Below, in pieces: positions 24,526-31,344 of a DNA stretch of 32,000 nucleotides. The notes under the pieces were generated by a model, which was not told the origin of the DNA, did not search any database, and saw nothing but the letters and a program-made list of their open reading frames with translations. How positions within the stretch are numbered: position 1 is the stretch's first letter; each line of letters opens with the position of its first letter. Origin of the DNA: Kiritimatiella glycovorans (GTDB taxonomy: Bacteria > Verrucomicrobiota > Kiritimatiellia > Kiritimatiellales > Kiritimatiellaceae); NCBI RefSeq assembly GCF_001017655.1, contig NZ_CP010904.1, positions 2,700,001 to 2,732,000 of the forward strand, given 5' to 3'. Position numbers and translations under genes: made by a program.

Positions 24526-26085
24526 GACTGATAACCATATAGAGGTTCTTTGAAATAGACGCTGGTCGAATGCAACGTACTCTTTGTTTAAGCAAAAACG
24601 AAAGGAGTACCGGATATGCAAACGACCAGCGCAAAGGAATTGTACGCAGGAGCCGACCTGCATGGAAACAATGTTTTTCTCTCGATTTGCGACCGGGAAG
24701 GCACGGAAGTCTTCCGGCGGCGGGTACGAACCACGCTCGATGCAGTCAATGAGGCGATGGATCCCTACTGGCCGCAGGTTCAGGCGATGGGGATTGAGTC
24801 CACGTTCAACTGGTACTGGCTGGTGGACGGCTTGCGTGAGCAGAACCGGGACGTGCGATTGGGGAATCCGGCGAAGATGAAACAGTACAAGGGGTTGAAA
24901 CATGCCGATGACGCATCGGATGCTCGTTGGCTGGCCGAACTGCTCCGATTGGATATTTTCCCGGAGAGCTACATTTATCCGAAGGAGGTTCGTTCGATTC
25001 GCGACGCGCTTCGACGCCGACAGCTGTTTGTCAGGCGGCGCACCCAGGTTATGCTCAGCCTGCAAAGCCTGCTGGAGCGTTACGGATTCAAGGCGCCGGG
25101 ATCGCGTGCTCTTCAGCAGTGGACGCAGGCGGATGTCGAGGCGACGGGCCTTGATCCGTTCGTACAGCTTCAACTCCGCACGTTGCTTGAGGCGGTCCAG
25201 TGCAGTGAGCGGCTGGCCGGACAGATCGAATCAGCGGTGCTGGGGTTTATTGAGCCCAACCCATCGTTTGAACAGGTTCAGACCGTGCCGGGCATCGGGA
25301 AGGCGCTTGGGATGACCATCGTGCTTGAAAGCGGCAACTTCGCCCGCTTCCCGAACGCGGGATGCTACGCCTCCTACTGCCGCGCCGTCAAAAGTGAGCG
25401 AAGTTCCAACAGCAGGAAGAAAGGTGAGAACAATAAGCGCAACGGCAATCCGTTTCTCGCATGGGCTTTCGTTGAAGCCGCGAGCTTCGCTCCGCGCTTT
25501 TATCCGGAGATTCAATCCTGGTATGACCGGAAGAAGAAAAAGCGCAACGCGATTGTGGCGAAGAAGGCCTTGGCGGCAAAATTGTCCAAAGCCGTTTGGC
25601 ATGTCATGAACGGGGAGGAATATGTAATGGGAATGTTGTTTTAAAACCCGATGCTGCCGGGAACCGGCTAGGGGTCTGCTTAAATCAGCGGACTGATTGG
25701 AACCGGCGGCATCGCTTCAGCTTTTGCGGTCTGTCCTGTCGTCAGCCTTCAAGGGTCTGGAAGTCTGCGTGCAGATGAACCACGGTGACTGAATAGGCAA
25801 CGAGCGGGAACAAACGGTTTTCTGGCTCCAATACGAGAACGGGTGGCGGCCATGGATCTGGAAAAGATTCGCCCTCACCTAAAAACCAGATGGGTGACTG
25901 AAACAACCGCAAACGAAAACCACGGTACGGAACGCAACGGTTGAGGCGACGGTTGAATCCGATCAAAACAAGGCATGAAGGGAAGCCGCTTGATCAGCGG
26001 CACGAAGGGGACTTTTGTGTTTGACCGGAACCTCTAATGGGTGACTCCTTTCATTCAGTTAGAAACAGCCAAGCTTTGCTTGGCG
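24526..26085 (+). mobile_element. IS110-family element, approximate extent (left end possibly split by the group II intron and continuing at 22571..22624)
   Basis: The AT-rich 5' flank (24526..24615) and the 441-bp non-coding 3' flank (25645..26085) differ in composition from host genes. The right limit is inferred from where repeat copy E begins (26086), just after the GCCAAGC-TTT-GCTTGGC hairpin (26069..26085). No terminal inverted repeats were found, as expected for IS110. The ends are not verified. Confidence 0.35.
24616..25644 (+). CDS. IS110-family transposase (DEDD-type recombinase)
   Basis: 342 aa with a strong RBS (AAAGGAG 8 nt upstream of the ATG). The N-terminal part has 'YAGADLHGNNVFLS' and 'GIESTFNWYW' (DEDD_Tnp_IS110-like). 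The C-terminal part has 'VQTVPGIGKALGMTIVLESGNFARF' and 'KNNKRNGNPFLAWAF' (Transposase_20-like). Confidence 0.9.
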   Translation: MQTTSAKELYAGADLHGNNVFLSICDREGTEVFRRRVRTTLDAVNEAMDPYWPQVQAMGIESTFNWYWLVDGLREQNRDVRLGNPAKMKQYKGLKHADDASDARWLAELLRLDIFPESYIYPKEVRSIRDALRRRQLFVRRRTQVMLSLQSLLERYGFKAPGSRALQQWTQADVEATGLDPFVQLQLRTLLEAVQCSERLAGQIESAVLGFIEPNPSFEQVQTVPGIGKALGMTIVLESGNFARFPNAGCYASYCRAVKSERSSNSRKKGENNKRNGNPFLAWAFVEAASFAPRFYPEIQSWYDRKKKKRNAIVAKKALAAKLSKAVWHVMNGEEYVMGMLF

Positions 26086-26138
26086 CACCGGATCGCACGG
26101 ATGGGATGCGACATTGGAACGTGAACGGGGCGGGCAAA
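26086..26138. repeat. Intergenic repeat copy E (short variant, opposite orientation)
   Basis: CACCGGAT CGCACGGAT GGGATGCGACATTGGAACGTGAACGGGGCGGGCAAA aligns with the left arm of copy A (…GGCACCGAT CGCACGGAT GAGATACGGCATTGGAACGTGAACGGGGCGGGCAAA). It lies immediately 3' of the PIN gene stop (26156). Confidence 0.8.
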
Positions 26139-26155
26139 GACTCTTGTTGTTTTCG

Positions 26156-26533
26156 TTACCAGATCTCAGAGCGTATTCCTTCGTGACTTAAAAGCTTTTT
26201 GTCTTCTGTCAGCAAGATGCAATCCTGATTCATTGCCGACCCGGCGATGACTGCATCCGGAAGTTTGAGATTTTTCTCTGTACGCAGCGTGAGAATCTGC
26301 TCTTTCAACTGCCGATTTGCTGATGCCAAGTCAACAACATTGACCTTTTCCCTAAACTGTCCGAATAGTGCTTTGTCTTCGTCGGGCAGACCCGGAAAGG
26401 CAAGATATTCCAATTCACAAATCACGAAGGTGGCAACATAATCTGCCCCATTCAATATCTCCAGCAAGTTGTTGTTGCCGGCAAGCAATGCAATGATGGC
26501 ATTGGTATCGAGGAAATAACGTTTACCATTCAT
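26156..26533 (-). CDS. PIN-domain ribonuclease toxin (VapC-like)
   Basis: ORF 26156..26563 trimmed to MNGKRYFLDTNAII. The acidic PIN residues are in 'FLDTNA', 'ICELEY', 'PDAVIAGSA' and 'LLTEDKKL'. The ATG overlaps the antitoxin 3' end by 11 nt. Confidence 0.85.
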   Translation of the reverse strand: MNGKRYFLDTNAIIALLAGNNNLLEILNGADYVATFVICELEYLAFPGLPDEDKALFGQFREKVNVVDLASANRQLKEQILTLRTEKNLKLPDAVIAGSAMNQDCILLTEDKKLLSHEGIRSEIW

Positions 26534-26729
26534 CGCGCAGCTTCCGTTGTTCCTCCACCGCATTCCCCGACCACTTTAGCCGGCCGGACAGCGATGAAAA
26601 ATCATAGCTTCCCTTATCGCCGCTCGGAGTCAGCAGTGTGATTAGCACGTGCGCGACGGAAGGAAGTTTTTGAATCTCCGGACTTTTAACCTGCCCATTT
26701 TCTATATCTGCTTCTATCGTTGTGTACAT
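26523..26729 (-). CDS. Type II antitoxin (AF2212/DUF104-like N-terminus) partner of the PIN toxin
   Basis: 68 aa with an RBS (GAGG 8 nt upstream). The N-terminus 'MYTTIEADIENGQVKSPE..KLP' follows the DUF104 pattern (xIEAxYENGxxKP). The C-terminus is '...EEQRKLRDEW'. It overlaps the downstream toxin gene. Confidence 0.65.
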   Translation of the reverse strand: MYTTIEADIENGQVKSPEIQKLPSVAHVLITLLTPSGDKGSYDFSSLSGRLKWSGNAVEEQRKLRDEW

Positions 26730-26858
26730 ATTCTTACCTCATTGTAATGGCTGACTGGCTGCAATCTTCCTGGAGTTCAAATCAGAGGAAATTGCGTTAC
26801 GTTATGCCGGCCAGTCGAGCCGGGAGTAAGGGTGCCATTTTTGGTCAGGTCTGTGAAC

Positions 26859-26921
26859 TCATTCCGCCAGCATGAAGCTCCGCCGACTGCCGCGCCGCCG
26901 ATTATGAGATATGTTTTCATT
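26859..26921 (-). pseudogene. Relic 5' fragment of an SDR/epimerase-like gene (20 codons plus stop)
   Basis: Hand translation gives MKTYLIIGGAAVGGSFMLAE*. This aligns with the N-terminus of the 18965..19921 epimerase (MKKYLITGGAGFIGSHLVDA). Nucleotide similarity continues from the repeat leader module into the first roughly 30 coding nt: GATTATGAGATATGTTTTCAT here versus GGTTATGAGATATTTTTTCAT in the epimerase. Confidence 0.5.
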
Positions 26922-27095
26922 CACTCTCGCGAAGGCGCAAAGTTCGCAGAGGAATCAAATCCCGAACGTTACCGGGGCGGAGAAAGCCTGCAAACGGATT
27001 TGCGGGCCCTCCCCTCCCCGTTCACGTTTCCTTTGCGTCTCCGCGTCTTTGCGCGAGGCCTCTTTCTTATCCGTGCCATCGGTGCCATCCGTGGT
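26919..27095. repeat. Intergenic repeat copy D (leader module + hairpin + CCCCGTTCACGTT block + triple iteron)
   Basis: The leader module is CTCTCGCGAAGGCGCAAAGTTCGCAGAGGAATCAAATCCCGAACG. The hairpin is GCAAACGGATTTGC. The conserved block is CCCCGTTCACGTTTCCTTTGCGTCTCCGCGTCTTTGCGCGAGGCC. The iterons are ATCCGTGCC ATCGGTGCC ATCCGTGGT (27069..27095). Its iteron end is the near-exact reverse complement of the left end of copy A. Confidence 0.85.
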
Positions 27096-27130
27096 CCTCT
27101 TCCTTCCGTGCGCATTCGATATGAAAGAAG

Positions 27131-27541
27131 TTATTCGCTCGTCTTGCCCGCCAGGGTCTGCTCCAGGTCCAGGAAGGCGGGATGGAATTCCGTGCGCACG
27201 TCGTGAACGATTTCGCGGGCCGCGGCCTCGTTACAGGTATGGGATGTCCTGTTGCGGCTCTCGATCATCTTCATCCATACATGCCCATCGCTGAACAGCC
27301 CCTCTGAAAAGGCCTTGCGGAAGGTGTCGCGCGACCCGATCAGTTCCGCGACGCCCTGATATTCGAGGTAATCGCGCAACGTGTTCCAGGCGAGTTCATA
27401 CGTGTATTCAAACGCCTTGACCAGCCCCTGTTCCTCCAGCTTGTTCAGCTCTTTCTGCTCAAGAAATTCGCTGAGCTGGTTGAGTGCTTTCCGGTAATTC
27501 GAAAAACGTTGCTGCCAGCGTATATCCCTTTCTTCAGTCAC
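27131..27541 (-). CDS. HEPN-domain protein, HI0074-family nucleotidyltransferase substrate-binding protein (toxin of an HEPN/MNT pair)
   Basis: 136 aa. 'IRWQQRFSNYRKAL', 'FEYTYELAWNTLRDYLE' and the RX4H HEPN motif 'RNRTSH' are present. Confidence 0.85.
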   Translation of the reverse strand: MTEERDIRWQQRFSNYRKALNQLSEFLEQKELNKLEEQGLVKAFEYTYELAWNTLRDYLEYQGVAELIGSRDTFRKAFSEGLFSDGHVWMKMIESRNRTSHTCNEAAAREIVHDVRTEFHPAFLDLEQTLAGKTSE

Positions 27542-27854
27542 GGCGGACTATCTCCTTTCCCGCGCGATCGATGTGCTCGATCAGATCAGGATTATCTATC
27601 CGATCGTATATGGACAGGTCGATCTCGTAGGGCAACAGCAACTCGTCCATCCGAAGCATAAGATCGGTCAGTATTTCAGGAGAGAGGTTCGGACCCTTCA
27701 GCGTCAGGTCGATGTCGGACCCCGGACGATGCGTGCCTTTTGCCCGTGATCCGTAGAGGATTACCTCTTTAACCTCAGGTTCCGATCCGAAGATGGACAT
27801 GATTCGTTCCATCTCGTCGGGATCAAGCCCGGGTATGGTGCCGACCGTATTCAT
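27534..27854 (-). CDS. Minimal nucleotidyltransferase (MNT, HI0073-like antitoxin)
   Basis: 106 aa with 'ILYGSRAKGTHRPGSDIDLTL' (GS-x9/10-DxD polymerase-beta-type NTase motif). It overlaps the HEPN gene by 8 nt. Confidence 0.85.
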   Translation of the reverse strand: MNTVGTIPGLDPDEMERIMSIFGSEPEVKEVILYGSRAKGTHRPGSDIDLTLKGPNLSPEILTDLMLRMDELLLPYEIDLSIYDRIDNPDLIEHIDRAGKEIVRRD

Positions 27855-27898
27855 AGAAAAGCGACGGGGCGTCTTTCGCCATTCAGGATTCTTGTGTA

Positions 27899-27924
27899 AC
27901 GACCGATCGCACGGATGGGATGCC
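27899..27924. repeat. Intergenic repeat copy F (truncated iteron end)
   Basis: ACGACCGAT CGCACGGAT GGGATGCC matches the first 26 nt of copy E. It stops exactly at the stop codon of the dehydrogenase gene (TAA 27927..27925). Confidence 0.7.
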
Positions 27925-29208
27925 TTACAACCGCCCGTCGACCTTCGACTTGTCGAGGATGCCTTTCACGTCGTAGACGACCCCGTCGCCGGACGTCAGC
28001 GCGCGGATCGCGTCCGCGCCCATCTCCGCGAACTGGCGGTGGCCGACGGCGACGACGACCGCATCGTAAGAACCTTTCTTCAGCGAGGCGGGGTCGCTGA
28101 TCAGATCAATGCCGTAGGAGATCCTGGCTTCTTCGGCGAGGCACCAGGGATCACAGACCTCCACCTCGACCCCGAAATCCGTCAGCTCCGAAATGATGTC
28201 CACGACGCGCGTGTTGCGCAGGTCGGGGCAGTTGTCCTTGAACGTCAGCCCCATCACCAGGACGCGCGAGCCGACGACCTGAATCCGCTTCCTGAGCATC
28301 AGCTTGACGACCCGGTCAGCGATATAGCGTCCCATGGCATCGTTCATCCGCCGCCCGGCCAGGATCATCTCGGGATGATGCCCCGTCTGCTGCGCCTTGT
28401 ACGTCAGGTAGTACGGGTCCACACCGATGCAGTGGCCGCCGACCAGCCCCGGCCGGAACGGAAGAAAATTCCATTTCGTCCCCGACGCCTCCAGCACCTC
28501 CAGCGTGTCGATTCCCAGGCGATTGAAGATCAGCGACAACTCGTTGACCAGCGCGATATTCACGTCACGCTGCGTGTTTTCGATCACCTTCGCCGCCTCC
28601 GCCACGCGGATCGATGAAGCGCGGTGCGTACCGGCCGACACGATCGAGGCGTACAGCGCATCCACGAATTCCGCCGCCTCCGGGGTGGAGCCGGAGGTGA
28701 CCTTCACGATCGAGTCGAGCCGATGCGCCTTGTCGCCGGGATTGATCCGCTCGGGACTGTAGCCGACCGTGAAGTCCTCATTGAAGCTCAGACCGGAGTG
28801 CTCCTCGAGCACGGGAACGCAGACCTCCTCCGTCGCGCCGGGATAGACCGTCGATTCATAGATCACCACATCGCCTTCAGCCAGCACGCCGCCCACCGTC
28901 TCGCTCGCGCCGATGAGCGGGCGCAGGTCGGGACGCCGCGCTTCGTCGACCGGCGTGGGCACGGTCACGATGTAGACATCGCAGTCGCGGATCGATTCGG
29001 GGTCGGCCGTATACGAAAGCTTCGCCGCGGAGGCCAGCTCTTCCGACGAACACTCCAGCGTATTGTCCTCGCCGCGCTGAAGCTCCGCGATGCGAGCCTC
29101 CTTGAGGTCAAAACCGACGACCTCATGCCTGCGCCCGAAGGCCACCGCCAGGGGCAGGCCGACATATCCGAGCCCGATCACACAGATTTTCGGGGAATCG
29201 ATTTTCAT
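27925..29208 (-). CDS. UDP-N-acetyl-hexosamine 6-dehydrogenase (TviB/WbpO/CapL-type nucleotide-sugar dehydrogenase)
   Basis: 427 aa with the N-terminal '[18 protein letters not shown]', '[11 protein letters not shown]', '[11 protein letters not shown]' and the catalytic Cys region '[14 protein letters not shown]'. By my recollection it is collinear along its length with Vi-antigen TviB. A WecC-like ManNAc specificity cannot be excluded. Confidence 0.9.
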   Translation of the reverse strand: MKIDSPKICVIGLGYVGLPLAVAFGRRHEVVGFDLKEARIAELQRGEDNTLECSSEELASAAKLSYTADPESIRDCDVYIVTVPTPVDEARRPDLRPLIGASETVGGVLAEGDVVIYESTVYPGATEEVCVPVLEEHSGLSFNEDFTVGYSPERINPGDKAHRLDSIVKVTSGSTPEAAEFVDALYASIVSAGTHRASSIRVAEAAKVIENTQRDVNIALVNELSLIFNRLGIDTLEVLEASGTKWNFLPFRPGLVGGHCIGVDPYYLTYKAQQTGHHPEMILAGRRMNDAMGRYIADRVVKLMLRKRIQVVGSRVLVMGLTFKDNCPDLRNTRVVDIISELTDFGVEVEVCDPWCLAEEARISYGIDLISDPASLKKGSYDAVVVAVGHRQFAEMGADAIRALTSGDGVVYDVKGILDKSKVDGRL

Positions 29209-29255
29209 AGGTTTTTTCCCGACCTGTTCGACCCGATCACTTCAACCCCTTCATA

Positions 29256-29280
29256 CTCCGCCGGTCTTCGATCGGCGGAG
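29256..29280 (-). terminator. Possible stem-loop downstream of sat/cysC (no U-tract)
   Basis: CTCCGCCG-gtcttcgat-CGGCGGAG forms an 8-bp GC stem about 70 nt 3' of the 29352 stop. It has no following T/U run on the minus strand, so intrinsic-terminator function is doubtful. Confidence 0.25.
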
Positions 29281-29351
29281 CGAAGGGACCGCTCGACAGG
29301 TATCCACCTGATGACCGGGTCGACGGAGGGATCCGGTTTTCTCCTTTGCCT

Positions 29352-31079
29352 CTACGACTCATCCACGCCGATGTAGCCTTCCTTCTCGAGGTGGAGGATC
29401 ACCTGCTGGGCTTCTTCCTCGGGGGTCATGTCAGTGGTATCCAGCGCCATTTCGGCGTCCGCCGGTTCCTCGTACGGGTCGGAGATGCCGGTGAACTCCT
29501 TGATGATGCCGGCGCGTGCCTTGGCGTAGAGACCTTTCCGGTCGCGCTGTTCGCAGATCTCGAGCGGTGTGGCCACGTGCACGAGGCAGAAGCCGCCGTA
29601 GCCCTCGATCATCCGGCGCACTTCCTGGCGCACGGCGTTGTAGGGGGCGATCGGCGCGCAGATGGCGATGCCGCCGTTTTTGGTGATCTCGGAGGCGACG
29701 AACCCGATGCGTCGGATATTGATGTCGCGGTGTTCCTTCGAGAAGCCCAGTTCCGACGACAGGTTCTTGCGCACGATGTCGCCGTCGAGCAGCGTCACCG
29801 GACGCCCGCCCATCTCGAGCAGCTTGACGAGCAGCGCGTTGGCGATCGTCGACTTACCCGAACCGGACAGCCCCGTGAAGAACACCGTGAAGCCCTGTTT
29901 ATGTTTCGGCGGATGCGTCTTGCGCAGCTCCTGCGCGACCTCCGGAAACGTGAACCACTCCGGGATCTCGCGGCCTTCCGCCAGCCGTTCGCGCAGCTCG
30001 GTCCCCGAAATCGAAACGGTCTTCGTCCCCTCGGGGACCTCGTCGAGCGGGATGTACTTATCCTCGTCCGGCGCGAAGACCATCAGCTTGAACGGCACCA
30101 TCGCCACGCCCAGCTCCTCTTCGTGTTCGCGGAGCAGCTCCTGCGCGTCGTACGGTCCGTAGAACGGCGTGCCCGAGGAGTCCTTGCCGGGGCCGGCGTG
30201 GTCGCGGCCGACGATCAGGTGCGTGCAGCCGTGGTTCTTGCGAATGATCGCATGCCAGACCGCCTCGCGCGGGCCGCCCATCCGCATGGCCAGCGGGAGC
30301 AGCGAGAGCGCCACGGTATCCTTGGGATAATGCGGCAGCAGCGCCTTGTAGCACCGCACGCGCGTATAATGGTCGACATCGCCGGGTTTGGTCATCCCGA
30401 CCACCGGATGGATCAGCAGGTTCGCCTCGGTCTCCTTCGCCGCGCGCAGGGTCAGTTCCTGGTGCGCCCGGTGCATCGGGTTGCGCGTCTGGAAGGCGAC
30501 CACCTTGCGCCACCCCTTGCGCCTGAAGTCGGCGCGGAGTTCGGCCGGAGTCAACCGGATATCCTTGGAGTCGTAATGGACCGGCATGCACACCCCTTCG
30601 ACCTCGCCGCCGACATACCATCCGTTCGTGCTGTTCATCAGGTAGTCGACGCCGGGGTGCTCGCTGTTGTCGGTACCGAAGACCTGCTTCGCCTCCTCCG
30701 CGCGGTCCGGCTGCCAGACGTCGCTCACGTTCAGGACCGCCAGCATGACGCCTTCCGGGTCGCGCAGCGCGAGTTTCGCGCCGGACTCGAGCCCCTTCGC
30801 CGTTTCCTCGTCCACGTCGAGCATGATCGGCATGGGCCACAGCGTACCGTCCTCCAGCCGCATCGAGCTGCAGACGGACTCGTGATCAGCCTTGCCCATG
30901 AACCCGCGCAGCGGCGAAAAGCTGCCGTTCATCAGCAGTTCGAGATCGCACATCTGCCGGCCGTTCAGATCCCAGGAAGGCCATTCCTTCGAATGCGCCT
31001 TCAACTCGGCCGCGCGTTCTTCCGATACCATCAGGTCGATGAGTTCACCCCCGTGCGGGGCGATGAGATGATCGCTCAT
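29352..31079 (-). CDS. Bifunctional sulfate adenylyltransferase (ATP sulfurylase) / adenylylsulfate kinase, i.e. a PAPS synthase
   Basis: 575 aa. The sulfurylase motifs are 'AFQTRNPMHRAH' and 'IVGRDHAGPG'. The C-terminal APS-kinase P-loop is 'VFFTGLSGSGKSTIA'. Confidence 0.9.
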   Translation of the reverse strand: MSDHLIAPHGGELIDLMVSEERAAELKAHSKEWPSWDLNGRQMCDLELLMNGSFSPLRGFMGKADHESVCSSMRLEDGTLWPMPIMLDVDEETAKGLESGAKLALRDPEGVMLAVLNVSDVWQPDRAEEAKQVFGTDNSEHPGVDYLMNSTNGWYVGGEVEGVCMPVHYDSKDIRLTPAELRADFRRKGWRKVVAFQTRNPMHRAHQELTLRAAKETEANLLIHPVVGMTKPGDVDHYTRVRCYKALLPHYPKDTVALSLLPLAMRMGGPREAVWHAIIRKNHGCTHLIVGRDHAGPGKDSSGTPFYGPYDAQELLREHEEELGVAMVPFKLMVFAPDEDKYIPLDEVPEGTKTVSISGTELRERLAEGREIPEWFTFPEVAQELRKTHPPKHKQGFTVFFTGLSGSGKSTIANALLVKLLEMGGRPVTLLDGDIVRKNLSSELGFSKEHRDINIRRIGFVASEITKNGGIAICAPIAPYNAVRQEVRRMIEGYGGFCLVHVATPLEICEQRDRKGLYAKARAGIIKEFTGISDPYEEPADAEMALDTTDMTPEEEAQQVILHLEKEGYIGVDES

Positions 31080-31344
31080 TACTTCTTTCCTTTCTTTTCA
31101 ACTTTGAAACACGCGACACCCGCGTATTTCCCTCATTTACAGATCGTTCATACTCAATCGCGGGAGCATGACCGAAATGGACCGGAATGCCGAGACGATA
31201 GTCCGCGGCGCTTATCCGGTTCAAACTCCGTGCCCGGAACCCCTTTTCAGAATCCGGACCCCTTTATTCCAACGACTCTCTTTCCGAAGCAAATAAAATC
31301 AGGCTCACAAGTCTGCCTCAGCAGATCCCTCTGCAGGAATCGGG

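Noticed and set aside
24520-25173. 217-aa minus-strand ORF overlapping the intron 5' end and the IS110 gene.
   Set aside because: It is antisense to the well-supported IS110 transposase and spans the intron boundary. It has no motifs.
18767-27924. Repeat-flanked single-gene units interpreted as integron gene cassettes with attC sites (TA cassettes and 3'-end repeats resemble a chromosomal integron array).
   Set aside because: No integron integrase or attI is present in the window. The repeats lack the R''/R' core sites (RYYYAAC / GTTRRRY) at their ends. The flanked genes (epimerase, wecB, dehydrogenase) are functionally part of the surrounding locus rather than random cargo.
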